64,000 bases of DNA from contig JBMFWY010000001.1 of the NCBI GenBank assembly GCA_049964795.1, forward strand, positions 1 through 64,000. Reading direction: 5' to 3'. Below the pieces are notes generated by a model. That model was not told the DNA's origin and ran no database searches. It saw only the letters and a list, made by a program, of their open reading frames with translations. A program made the translations under genes and the position numbers. Source of the stretch: Candidatus Micrarchaeia archaeon. Lineage in GTDB: Archaea > Micrarchaeota > Micrarchaeia > Micrarchaeales > Micrarchaeaceae. Below, piece after piece: positions 18,506 to 28,488 of the stretch; positions within the stretch are counted from its first letter, which is position 1, and each line of letters begins with the position of its first letter.

Positions 18506-19261
18506 TCATTTAGTAAGCAATTCGTAGATTCGGTCAACCGCCGCCATGAACGCCTTGCTGTGCCTGTTTCTTGGATAGCCGAGCTTTATAGGTATCTCCT
18601 GCTTTATCCTTGTGGGCTTGTTAGAAAGCACGAGTATATTGTCAGACATTTCTACGGCTTCCTCTACGTTATGGGTTACCATTATTACAGAGTTTACGGA
18701 GATATCACTGCTTTTGAGCATGTAGACTACGTCTTCCCTTAGCGCATTTGCAGTTAGCTCATCGAGGGAGCTGAAAGGCTCATCCATAAGAAGCACATTT
18801 GGATTTGAAACGATTGCCCGAGCTATACCCACCCTTTGCTTCATCCCTCCGCTCAATGCATTTGGATAGTAGCTTGCAACACTTTCCAAGCCCATTTTTT
18901 CAAGCGCTTCTTCGGCGCGCCTTTTCTTTTCCTGGTCGCCTAGCGCTGAATTTGAAAGGCCGACCTCTACATTTTCTATATTGGTCAACCAAGGAAGCAA
19001 TGCAAAATCCTGGAAGACAAAAGAGATTTCGCTAGTAGGGGCATAAAGAGGCTTGCCCTTGTATATAACTTCTCCAGATACCGGCATGATCAGCTTGGCA
19101 AGTATGCGTAGCAGGGTGCTTTTGCCGCATCCTGAAGGACCTATAAGCGAAATGAACTCGCCTTTTTGTGCTTTGAAGCTGACTCCATCTATGATCTTTT
19201 GGTTGGGGCTATCGGGATAATAAAAGGTTATTCCTTTTGCCTCAAGCATTATTTCACTCAT
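18506..19261 (-). CDS. ABC transporter ATP-binding protein, NitT/TauT family
   Basis: GPSGCGKST, VFQDFALLPWL, LSGGMKQR, LMDEPFSSLD. Confidence 0.93.
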   Translation of the reverse strand: MSEIMLEAKGITFYYPDSPNQKIIDGVSFKAQKGEFISLIGPSGCGKSTLLRILAKLIMPVSGEVIYKGKPLYAPTSEISFVFQDFALLPWLTNIENVEVGLSNSALGDQEKKRRAEEALEKMGLESVASYYPNALSGGMKQRVGIARAIVSNPNVLLMDEPFSSLDELTANALREDVVYMLKSSDISVNSVIMVTHNVEEAVEMSDNILVLSNKPTRIKQEIPIKLGYPRNRHSKAFMAAVDRIYELLTK

Positions 19262-19300
19262 TCGATTACCTAATTATTAGAGCATAAAATAATCTGCCTT

Positions 19301-20908
19301 TTACTTATAGGTGTTGGAAACTTTTCTATAAAGCCTTTTCCAAATAAAAGTATTTACTAATATTATCATTGCGGTTAGGTTGAGCAAAGCCGTTATCATC
19401 AGCGCCATATTGCCGGCCCCAAGAGACACATCGAGTAGCTTGCCTATGCCAACCCCTACAGAGCTTACCACATTGGTGCCGCTTATGCCAGTAGTTGTAA
19501 AATACTCCGCCACTATGCTTGCATTCCATTCTGCGGCTATTGCCGTTACGCTTCCGGTTACCAGGCCGGGCAGAAGCGCTTTGCTGTAAAGGTATTTCCA
19601 TGCGCTTTTGCCATTTATACCGAAGAGTTTCTTTACTTCGAATATTTCTCCGGATATTGAAGAGGAGCTGGCAATTACGCTGAATATTATATACCAAATT
19701 CCGCTAAGGAAAAATATTACGAAAGCGGTAATCTCGCTGTGCAGCGGTGAGTTCCTTAAGGCTATTACTATTATAGGCAATAGGATTGTAGCGGGAATGG
19801 AAGCTACTACCTGAAAAAACAAGAGATAGAAATTGCGGTGTCTTGAAATAAAAACCAGATAGATGCAAACGGGAAATGCAATTGCCAATATGGCTGCAAA
19901 AGCGAACCAAACCCGCGCAAAGGACGCGGCTAGAGCTAACAATGACGCATATTCATATTTTGCAAGCATTGGATAATGAAGGACAAGAGCCAGAATAAGC
20001 ATTGCAAAAGCAATCGCAAAGATCCCTGCCAAGCCTTTTTTCAATCCTTTTATCTTGAGCCTTTCGCTATCGGCTGCAATTGGTTTCGGATGCGCTTTTG
20101 CTATGCGGATTTTCGCGAAATTTCGCATGCGCAGTGAGTTCGATACATTAAGCTTCTTTGCAGGCAGATGAAACAGCTTGGGCAAATAATTGAAAGCCTT
20201 GGCAAAACCGAAATGAAGCATGTGCTTCTTTGTCTCTTCAGAAATCCTGTTATACCTGCTGAAATGCATCTCTAAAGGCCTAAAAAACAGAAAGCGCGTT
20301 GCTATTACAAAAGACACGAAAACGGCTATACCTGTTGCATAGTATAGGTAGTTGCCTGAAAAGGCGAGTTGAGCTAGAGCTACACCTATCCCATATTTTA
20401 CTGCATAATTTGAGTTGCCTATTGAAAATATTTCGCTCGTTACCAAATAGAACAGACCGATGGACCATGAAAGCACTGATTGTTCGATGACCCTAGGCAT
20501 TGCCGCAGGAACGAAAATCTTTCGAAGCCTTTTCCAGGGGCTCATACCGTATAGATCGGCGAGCTCTATGAATTCGTTTGGCAGAATCTTGACCGCTTCG
20601 TAAACGCCGAATATTATGTTCCATGCCATGCTTGTTACAATCAAGAATATTACTGCTGCATTTACCCCTATGTATCCGGGAAGCAGGAACACGAACACAT
20701 ATATGACAAACGGGAAAAATGCAAGTATTGGAAGCGTCTGGAATATATCTATGATAGGCAGTATTATCCTTTCCGCATTCTTTGAAATGGCAGCATATAT
20801 ACCTATAGCAAGGCTTATCAGTATAGAAATAAAAAGCGCAGCGAACATCCTAACCCAAGAAGCGGTTGTGTCCAGAATTATAAGTGCAAGGAATGAGAAA
20901 AGGTCCAT
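19301..20908 (-). CDS. ABC transporter permease with two fused TM modules, NitT/TauT family
   Basis: Duplicated permease halves (S..R....., Q..P..A..P, W..IF), about 12 TM segments. Confidence 0.88.
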   Translation of the reverse strand: MDLFSFLALIILDTTASWVRMFAALFISILISLAIGIYAAISKNAERIILPIIDIFQTLPILAFFPFVIYVFVFLLPGYIGVNAAVIFLIVTSMAWNIIFGVYEAVKILPNEFIELADLYGMSPWKRLRKIFVPAAMPRVIEQSVLSWSIGLFYLVTSEIFSIGNSNYAVKYGIGVALAQLAFSGNYLYYATGIAVFVSFVIATRFLFFRPLEMHFSRYNRISEETKKHMLHFGFAKAFNYLPKLFHLPAKKLNVSNSLRMRNFAKIRIAKAHPKPIAADSERLKIKGLKKGLAGIFAIAFAMLILALVLHYPMLAKYEYASLLALAASFARVWFAFAAILAIAFPVCIYLVFISRHRNFYLLFFQVVASIPATILLPIIVIALRNSPLHSEITAFVIFFLSGIWYIIFSVIASSSSISGEIFEVKKLFGINGKSAWKYLYSKALLPGLVTGSVTAIAAEWNASIVAEYFTTTGISGTNVVSSVGVGIGKLLDVSLGAGNMALMITALLNLTAMIILVNTFIWKRLYRKVSNTYK

Positions 20909-21081
20909 GATATCAAATAAGTAAAGAGCTTAGATGAAATTTATAAACATGTATGGAGAATATACTAATGCATTACGAGGGCAAGCTGAACAAGCTTCAA
21001 TAAAAAGGATTTTTACATTGCAAAAGCGTTTGAAGTTTGCTGCAAAATAGGGCAATGCAGTAGTGCTGAAAGGTGTTCATA

Positions 21082-21645
21082 ATGATAGAAAGAACTCTAG
21101 TATTGATAAAGCCAGAGGGTGTTTACCGCGCGCTCGTAGGTAAGATAATAACAACGTTTGAAGATGCAGGGCTAAAGATCGTAGGAATAAAGATAGTAAG
21201 GCCAAATGAGGACATTGCGGGCAAGCATTATGCCGCTGACGAGGAATGGCTTGCTTCTGTTGGCAGAAAAACGAAAGAGTCTGCACAAAAAAGAGGCATA
21301 GAGATAAAGGAAAGCGAGATAGAAATAGGAAACAGAGTGAGAAATTTGCTTCTTAAGCATTTGACAAGCGGGCCTGTAATTGCGATGGCTCTTGAAGGCA
21401 ATGAGGCTATATATGTAGTAAGGAAGCTAGCAGGAAGTACTGAGCCAAGGAGTGCTGACCCGTCTTCTATAAGAGGCAAATATGGCGTGGATTCTTACGA
21501 AATGGGAGACATGAAGGGGAGGCCCGTGCAAAATGTAGTCCATGCTTCTGAAGATGCAAAAGCTGCGAAAAAAGAGCTTGAGCTTTGGTTCGATGAATCT
21601 GAGCTCGTGGAATATCGCAGAGCAGATGAAGAGCATATATACTGA
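21082..21645 (+). CDS. ndk: Nucleoside diphosphate kinase
   Basis: ERTLVLIKP.GV.R.LVG, SIRG.Y, NVVHAS. Confidence 0.95.
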   Translation: MIERTLVLIKPEGVYRALVGKIITTFEDAGLKIVGIKIVRPNEDIAGKHYAADEEWLASVGRKTKESAQKRGIEIKESEIEIGNRVRNLLLKHLTSGPVIAMALEGNEAIYVVRKLAGSTEPRSADPSSIRGKYGVDSYEMGDMKGRPVQNVVHASEDAKAAKKELELWFDESELVEYRRADEEHIY

Positions 21646-21706
21646 GAGATTATTTGCGCGCACGTAGTATAATAAGTTTTGACAAGGAAAAAGCAAATCA
21701 AAAGTT

Positions 21707-22009
21707 TTAGTCCCTGTACTTGAGCGAATCGCTCATCATATCTGGACTCCATGCGGGATCCCAGACCAGCTCTATATCCACATTGCCCCCGGATTTTAGA
21801 GCTTCAAGCCTTAGTTTTACATCTGCAAGTATTATGCTTGTAACAGGACACATTGGCGAAGTCATAGTAAGTTTAACTTTTATATTTTTGCCGTCTATAA
21901 TTTTTATATCGTAAATAAGCCCGAGATCAACAATGTTGGCATTTAGTTCAGGGTCTATGCATTGTGAGAGCGCTTTTACAACGTCTTGTGTGGTAACCAT
22001 TACTATCAT
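21707..22009 (-). CDS. Metal-sulfur cluster assembly factor (SufT/DUF59)
   Basis: DPEL..NIVDLGLIY, TMTSPMCP, VWDPAWSP. Confidence 0.92.
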   Translation of the reverse strand: MIVMVTTQDVVKALSQCIDPELNANIVDLGLIYDIKIIDGKNIKVKLTMTSPMCPVTSIILADVKLRLEALKSGGNVDIELVWDPAWSPDMMSDSLKYRD

Positions 22010-22085
22010 CGAAAATATTCTCTACAATTAGCATTATATTGTTTGCCATACAATTTATTTCATAATAGGAAATTTTACGGCGGTT

Positions 22086-22904
22086 ATGGTGGATGCAAGA
22101 GTTTATACAAAAATACTTAAAGGAATTGGATCTAGCTCTCCTGCTTATACTTGTCCTTATTGCGGAATGATCAATTACAGTCCAGTTGGAGCTTTTTTCT
22201 GTTCTGGATGCGAAGCGTTTGTGCCTTCGCCGAAGGAGATAGGCCAGGAAAAAATTAGACGCGCCCAAGAGATAAGAGATTTTGTAAAGGGTAACAGTTT
22301 TGGCGAAGCGGAAAAGGCGTATGAATCTATTGAGGAATATACGACAAATCCATATTTCCCATATTCAGAGGCATTAGTATGCATTCTTGAATCAAATTAT
22401 GAAGCAGGCAAAATAGATTACATGCTTAAAGGCTTTATGGAGGACAACGTCACACACAGGAATAATTCGCTTGCCTCATTTTCAAAAGCAAAGCTTCTCT
22501 TTGCCAAGGCGATATTCACTGCAAGAAAAAACATTTCTGGAGGGGAAAATACTGCAGAGTACCTGCATGCTATGTTTATGTCTTACATAAAATCAGGAGA
22601 TCTGAAAGCAGCGCACGCTACTCTCGAAAAGGTAGAAAAGCTTGGCGATGCACTCGTGTCAGAATATGAAAATATGGTATTAAAAAGCAACTTAGGTGAT
22701 TATGAGGGAATGGCAAAGCACGCCGAAAAGCTGCTTTCGAAAGACATGTTTGCAGTAAATGCGGCATATTATTTAGCATATTCATTATTCAAAACAAAGA
22801 AGCTGAAGGAGGCGCTTATTCTTCTTGAATCCTTTCCTGACAGCACTGAAAATGAAGCAGTAAAGGCGCTTATAAAGGAGATAAAAAGGTGTTTGGAAGT
22901 TTAG
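22086..22904 (+). CDS. Zinc-ribbon plus TPR-like helical repeat protein
   Basis: CPYCG...CSGC followed by amphipathic helix pairs. Confidence 0.6.
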   Translation: MVDARVYTKILKGIGSSSPAYTCPYCGMINYSPVGAFFCSGCEAFVPSPKEIGQEKIRRAQEIRDFVKGNSFGEAEKAYESIEEYTTNPYFPYSEALVCILESNYEAGKIDYMLKGFMEDNVTHRNNSLASFSKAKLLFAKAIFTARKNISGGENTAEYLHAMFMSYIKSGDLKAAHATLEKVEKLGDALVSEYENMVLKSNLGDYEGMAKHAEKLLSKDMFAVNAAYYLAYSLFKTKKLKEALILLESFPDSTENEAVKALIKEIKRCLEV

Positions 22905-22971
22905 AAGATTATAGCAAAAGCAAAGTAGAATAAGAAAAGTAGATAACAGAAAAATAAAAAATTAGATTATT

Positions 22972-23367
22972 TTACTTGCCGAAATACGCTTTCACATTGG
23001 GTCTTGTGAAGTACCACAATATTATTATACCAACTATTGTACCGATAGGTATGTCTATAAGCTCCAGTACTCCGCCTATCAATGCGAGTATACGTGCCCA
23101 ATTTTTTCCTGTGAACAACGCAATGCCGGTTATAAGGGCAAACAAACCTATTGGTACCAATATAAATAACAGTGCGCCGCCTATTAGACCTTTGAACAAC
23201 GCCGAAGAAGTAAGACCTATAGCCAAATAGGCAATTCCGCCCAATATCTGTAGTATGGCCAGAATTGTCACCCCTGTAGGCCTAATCTTTGGTCCTGGCC
23301 CCATTCCAAAGTTGCCAGTCTGCGGCTGCATGCCGCTTTGCCCTATATTGCTTCCCATATCAGGCAT
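22972..23367 (-). CDS. Small membrane protein (RPTGVTILAI...WAR family)
   Basis: RPTGVTILAIL, G..WAR, YFTRPNVKAYF; 3-4 TM helices. Confidence 0.7.
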   Translation of the reverse strand: MPDMGSNIGQSGMQPQTGNFGMGPGPKIRPTGVTILAILQILGGIAYLAIGLTSSALFKGLIGGALLFILVPIGLFALITGIALFTGKNWARILALIGGVLELIDIPIGTIVGIIILWYFTRPNVKAYFGK

Positions 23368-23520
23368 TTATACGCCCTAATATATTTCAAAACGAAGGTT
23401 TAAAAACAGGTATTATAAGAGGGTTTAAAACTTCGGACACTTTTCTGATACAATAGGGTGATGCTTTTTTCAATAATGGAATTTGCCTAAAATTTGAAAT
23501 ATAAAATAAGTATATAAATA

Positions 23521-23629
23521 AGCCCCAGGAGGGAATTGAACCCTCGACCTCCTGTTTTCTTGCCTTCTTGGTTGAGTATTTTTCCAAAAAGTTTACGAGA
23601 CAGGCGCTCTACCACTGAGCTACTGAGGC
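23521..23629 (-). tRNA. tRNA-Thr(CGU) with 37-nt intron at canonical position 37/38 (intron 23557-23593); CCA not encoded
   Basis: Reverse complement folds as GCCTCAG/CTGGGGC acceptor, GCTC/GAGC D-stem, CCTGT-CT-CGT-A^A-ACAGG anticodon arm, GAGGG-TTCAATT-CCCTC T-arm, discriminator U; 72 nt after splicing. Confidence 0.93.
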
Positions 23630-23839
23630 AAAAGCTAAAGGTAACGACTCTGACCAAATAAATCTTAAACATATATTTATTTATTAAATGTTTTTGATTT
23701 GATTTGGCTGGTTTTGCGCTGAAGTTATCTTTTTGTTAGAAATAGATTTCCAAAAAGTTAGCTCTTGCTCTTGCAGGGATAAGTATTAAAAGTTAAACAT
23801 CGTACAAATATATGTTCATTATAAAATAGGAGCATATTT

Positions 23840-26800
23840 ATGGACCCTTCAGATAATCCAGGTCTTGATTCTTCAACCGATCAAGCCACGCCGCAAACAA
23901 ATTCGCAAGACATAGCAGGAGAAGTGCAGCCTAAAAGTTCCCAAAGCTTCAAATTTGATGTAACTCCTGAAAGCCCTATCAAAATAAGTCCTAACTCAAA
24001 ATCTAAACCTATCGCAAGCGGCAAAAAACCCTTTCAGAAAAGAAATATAGCAATAATTGCAATGATAATTATACTTGCAGGTTTGTTGGCATATATGTAT
24101 ATTGGGCCTAAACATGTATCTTCTGTAACAACCACAATCCCTCAAACTACCACAGTAAAAACTACAACTTTTTCTAAAATAAGTACATGTACGCAAATTT
24201 CAAGCCCTGGCACTTATTACCTTTCTTCTAATGTAAAGTATGGTAAAGCTTCTGGAGCATGCATAAGCATAAACGCAAGCAACGTATCGCTAATATGCAA
24301 TGGAAACTCGCTTACAGGTTCTGGCCCTTTTAGCGCAAAGCAGCCTTATACATATGGCATAGCGATAAACAAAGCAGATAACGTAGTTGTCTCCGGCTGC
24401 AACGTCGCAAACTTCTCGTACGGGATAGCAGCGTATAATTCGAAAAGGTTGTCTGCCACCCTTGACAATCTTTCTTATAATACAATGTCAGAAGTGCTGC
24501 TGAGCAACACTTCGAGCTCAAATGTTTCAAAGAGCTTCCTCTCCAGATCCCTTAGCGCACAGGGGGCCATTATGCTAGAGAATGGATCTACGAACGACAC
24601 GGTATTAAATAATACCATAGCAATAAACACCTTCTATGGCGTAAATATAAGCGCTTCTGGCAACAGGTTCGTAAACAACTATATTTACAGCTCGCCTAAC
24701 TCCTTTACGTGCACTCTTGGAAATGGCTTTCTGCACAACAATAGCGGTTATGGAAATATATGCACAAATGAGACAGGATGCAGCTTTCTCTCTTGCAAAG
24801 GCGTAAATATACCTCCAAACCTTTCAGCGATAGTGCTTCCTAAAGTGATATATTCCTGCGGGGCAATTACTTATCCCGGAAGCTACAGCTTGGGCAAAAA
24901 CATATACATGAACAATCTAATAAACACTTCTAACCCTATGTCAGCAAGCTACCCATGCATAAACATAGAATCTCCAGACGTACAGCTCAATTGCTCTGGT
25001 TATGAGATATATAATGCTACAATAGCTTTTGAAACTGAAAATAACTACAATACAAGTCTTCATGGCTGCAAAGCTTACAACTCGGCAGTGGGATTCTACG
25101 CGTTTAATTCCACAAATGCGGATGTAAATGGATTTGGCGCGTATAATACAGTTACTGCAATAAGCTATGCACTATCGAAAGGAGGTATAGCTTCAAACAT
25201 TTATGCCAACAAAGGCAGTTATGGAGTATACCTTGCAAAATCCACAGGGGTGACAATTACAAACTTCACGCTCTTGAATGAGACCTATGGAGCATATGTA
25301 AGTGGCTCTGTAGGAAACGCTTTTGCTGGAGGTCTTATCACCAACAGCACAAAGCTTTCAGTTTATGCAAGCGTAGATTCTACAAATGCGAGCGACAACT
25401 TTATGCAGACAACTTCGTGCGATTTGACAAACGCGGCCTGGGCAACATGCAAGCAGCACATCGCTCCTACAGAAACATTTATCCCTATAAGCTCATGCCA
25501 AAAGATAATAAAGCCAGGAAATTACACATTACAGCAGAATCTCGTGGTTACAGGCCCGCAGTGCTTTGAGATAAACGCTAAAAACGTGGCAATTAATTGC
25601 GCTTACCATAGCGTAACTTTGTCTACTTCAAACCCTCAAGAGGCTGCCTTCGAATTCAATAAAGAGAACAATATTTCAATAAGCAATTGCACATTGACCA
25701 ATTTCCCTTACGCGATTGCCGCATCGAATCTCTCCGGAGTGAGAATCTATAACATAAATTCTTCAGATGCAAAGACAGCTATAATGTTGTACAATGTTAG
25801 CTATGTGAACGTGCACAATACAATAATAAATGGTGCGGGCAATACAAGCATTTACATGAATGGCGTTTCAAATTCCGTAGTATATGACAACAACATTACA
25901 GGAACAGACACAAATATAGGCATATTGATAGCAAACTCTACACATAACATAATAGCAAGCAACAAAGGAATAAAGAACAGAATAGGGATTTACCTTACAG
26001 GCGACTCGCTAAACAATAATGTGTCAAATAATACGATGCAGATAAGCAGTACGAGCGACTATGCGTGCTCTGCCAAAGACAGCGCTATTGATGCAGAGCA
26101 AGGAGGTATAAATTTTGGAAGCACAAAACAGAACTGCAATTGGCTTGCTGCAGTCTCGCCTATCTCCCCATTCCCTACGTGCACCGCAATACTTTCTCCA
26201 GAAACTGTGGAATTGACTTCGGATTATGAATATACAACTGGCGCGCTCTGCTTTGGAGCTTACGCAAACGGGACTACCATAAACTGCAACGGACATACAA
26301 TAATAGCTACTTCGAACGGCACTTTCGCACTATTCAAGAACGCGCAGAATTCGAACATAGATAACTGCTATCTCAAAGGGTTCAAGACTCCAATTAAGGT
26401 ATACAATTCCAGCATAAGCGTAATCAACAATACCATATATTCTTACTCATCAAATTCAACTGCAATAAATGTCTCTAATTCAGAAAAACTTAAGATTGAG
26501 GATAATAAGTTGCTTGCTGATGGAATAGGCATTTCGCTTTCGAAAGACCAGTTCGGCATTTTGCAGAACAACATCGTAAATGCAAGCTCCATTTCCTATC
26601 TTTTGAACAACTCTTCGGCGATAAGTTTCAACAACAACACTGCACAGCCCGAAAGCGGCCTGGGGCTTATTCTTGCAAACACCACTTCGAGCACGTTCCA
26701 GAACAATATACTAAAGGGAATTGCCGGAGGTATACTATGCAGCCACGCTTCCGAATCCAGCTACAATAATACAGATTTGGGAGGAAACATATGCTCTGCA

Positions 26801-26845
26801 AGCCAGAACTGCAAGTGGATCTCCGCCTCAAAGGCTACATGCTAG
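23840..26845 (+). CDS. Large membrane-anchored parallel beta-helix (NosD/PbH1-like) surface glycoprotein
   Basis: Single TM near aa 70-88, four C..I..PG.Y.L-like modules each followed by INC.G and N-rich beta-helix repeats; many N-x-S/T sequons. Confidence 0.8.
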   Translation: MDPSDNPGLDSSTDQATPQTNSQDIAGEVQPKSSQSFKFDVTPESPIKISPNSKSKPIASGKKPFQKRNIAIIAMIIILAGLLAYMYIGPKHVSSVTTTIPQTTTVKTTTFSKISTCTQISSPGTYYLSSNVKYGKASGACISINASNVSLICNGNSLTGSGPFSAKQPYTYGIAINKADNVVVSGCNVANFSYGIAAYNSKRLSATLDNLSYNTMSEVLLSNTSSSNVSKSFLSRSLSAQGAIMLENGSTNDTVLNNTIAINTFYGVNISASGNRFVNNYIYSSPNSFTCTLGNGFLHNNSGYGNICTNETGCSFLSCKGVNIPPNLSAIVLPKVIYSCGAITYPGSYSLGKNIYMNNLINTSNPMSASYPCINIESPDVQLNCSGYEIYNATIAFETENNYNTSLHGCKAYNSAVGFYAFNSTNADVNGFGAYNTVTAISYALSKGGIASNIYANKGSYGVYLAKSTGVTITNFTLLNETYGAYVSGSVGNAFAGGLITNSTKLSVYASVDSTNASDNFMQTTSCDLTNAAWATCKQHIAPTETFIPISSCQKIIKPGNYTLQQNLVVTGPQCFEINAKNVAINCAYHSVTLSTSNPQEAAFEFNKENNISISNCTLTNFPYAIAASNLSGVRIYNINSSDAKTAIMLYNVSYVNVHNTIINGAGNTSIYMNGVSNSVVYDNNITGTDTNIGILIANSTHNIIASNKGIKNRIGIYLTGDSLNNNVSNNTMQISSTSDYACSAKDSAIDAEQGGINFGSTKQNCNWLAAVSPISPFPTCTAILSPETVELTSDYEYTTGALCFGAYANGTTINCNGHTIIATSNGTFALFKNAQNSNIDNCYLKGFKTPIKVYNSSISVINNTIYSYSSNSTAINVSNSEKLKIEDNKLLADGIGISLSKDQFGILQNNIVNASSISYLLNNSSAISFNNNTAQPESGLGLILANTTSSTFQNNILKGIAGGILCSHASESSYNNTDLGGNICSASQNCKWISASKATC

Positions 26846-26862
26846 AGGATTGTGCTACTGCA

Positions 26863-27909
26863 CTATTTGACTTCCATGGCGATTGCAAGCCTCTTCATTG
26901 CGCTGAGCTTCTCCCTATTTTCAATGCGTGCGCTGTCCAGTATGTCTCTCATGCCAGCTATCAAATTGTCGTAGCTTTCCTTGTTTATCCTAAAGGGTAT
27001 ACCGTCCTTGCCCCCAACGTTATAAGCGTATGCAACAGGATCGCGGTAGGCAAGCTCCTTTCCAAATATAAGAGAAGAGACGAAAGCAAGGGAGCGAAGA
27101 GTTTTTCTTCCGATCCCCTTTGAGAGAAGGAGCTCTTTATAGTCTTTCGGATTCAGCTCTGAAGCATTCTTTACCGCTTCTATTCCTCTTTTTCCCAGGT
27201 CTATCTGCGGTATTATAGTGTGCCTATTGGGATATGAAACTATGCGTACGAGTTCCCCAAGCGCGTCTGTCAAAGACAACCTTGCCTCGGCGTTGACAGA
27301 ATAGGTAAGATCGAGGCTTTGCTGGCCGCCCGGTGCGGCTATTGCGGAATTGAATTCGTTGGCGATATCTTTCGCGTCAAGCAGCTCTGAATAAACTTGA
27401 AACCTTATCGCAAGACTTCTTGGAGCCTGCATTGCCTGCTGCACAACAACCCATTTTCCGTTCTTAGAAAAAGAGAAGGTATGATGGTATATACTTATAT
27501 CGTCATACACCATAGACGAATCTATCTTTGCGGCAAGGCGGCTGGCTTCTGCGAATTTTTTGTCCATGGCAGGAATCGAGAGCTTGTCTACTCCTTGGAT
27601 TATATCTTCTGGCGTGCGAAGGCCTGTCTTTCCTTTGCCTCCTGCTATAAAGATCTCTCCACTTTCGTTAAGCGCTTCTTTCATCGCCGCCATTGTTACT
27701 GTAGTAGTTCCGCTGCTGTGCCAGTCATAGCCTATAGTGCACGAAAGAGCCTGCAGCCAATTTGGGTCTGCAAGGCGGCGAAGCAGATCGTCAGGCCCGA
27801 ATTCATCCAGTATTACTTCACCTATCGCTCCTGCAAGCTTTACCATTCGCGCATAAAGCCACCTGGGCGCCTGCCCGCCATGAAGAGGCAAATATGTGAT
27901 GCTTTGCAT
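26863..27909 (-). CDS. DUF763 family protein
   Basis: LPLHGG.AP.WL..RM, RLADP.W.Q...C.IG.DWHSSGTTT, VVQQ.M, KGIG.KTLR.L, GGKDG.P. Confidence 0.9.
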   Translation of the reverse strand: MQSITYLPLHGGQAPRWLYARMVKLAGAIGEVILDEFGPDDLLRRLADPNWLQALSCTIGYDWHSSGTTTVTMAAMKEALNESGEIFIAGGKGKTGLRTPEDIIQGVDKLSIPAMDKKFAEASRLAAKIDSSMVYDDISIYHHTFSFSKNGKWVVVQQAMQAPRSLAIRFQVYSELLDAKDIANEFNSAIAAPGGQQSLDLTYSVNAEARLSLTDALGELVRIVSYPNRHTIIPQIDLGKRGIEAVKNASELNPKDYKELLLSKGIGRKTLRSLAFVSSLIFGKELAYRDPVAYAYNVGGKDGIPFRINKESYDNLIAGMRDILDSARIENREKLSAMKRLAIAMEVK

Positions 27910-28017
27910 AATTACAGCTTGCAGGATAAAGCTATTTCTTGCTTTTGCTTGTGCGCGGCTAGATGATGTGAATATGAAAATTTGGCAATGTTTTTATTTG
28001 TTGCGTGACAAATCAAA

Positions 28018-28371
28018 ATGTTGGAGCGTGAGGGTAGGGCCATGGTTTACGCTACTGTGGATAGCATAAGCAAAAAGTCAGGCAAACATTACCTTGAAGA
28101 GGCGCTGATGAGAGTAGATGCTGGTAATTCCGACATATTTTTAACGGAACACGCTGCCGTGATGATGCAGCGAAGGGAGATAAATGACAGGGCGCTGGAA
28201 GACGTAGTATATAACTATGAAGATGCGCGGGAAAGCAAAAAAGAGCCAGGCGTCATAGAGCTTACTTCTTTTGAAGGAGGAAGAAAGGTAGAGGTAGTGT
28301 GCGTTGTAGAAAAGTACAAAGAAACAAGCAAGTATAGGATAAAAGTTATAACAGTGCACCTACAGGAATAG
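28018..28371 (+). CDS. DUF4258 family protein (RelE/BrnT-like toxin fold)
   Basis: FLTEHA..MM.RR.I....L..V ... KVITV. Confidence 0.7.
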   Translation: MLEREGRAMVYATVDSISKKSGKHYLEEALMRVDAGNSDIFLTEHAAVMMQRREINDRALEDVVYNYEDARESKKEPGVIELTSFEGGRKVEVVCVVEKYKETSKYRIKVITVHLQE

Positions 28372-28488
28372 CAATCAATCGTTGGTTTTTCTCTGTTTCT
28401 TTTTGAAAAGGCAAACGAAGAGGCGCTAGCTTTGCTGTGAATCCAAAAAATAATAAATATCTGAATGGTTTAAAAAGAAGCGAGAGGC

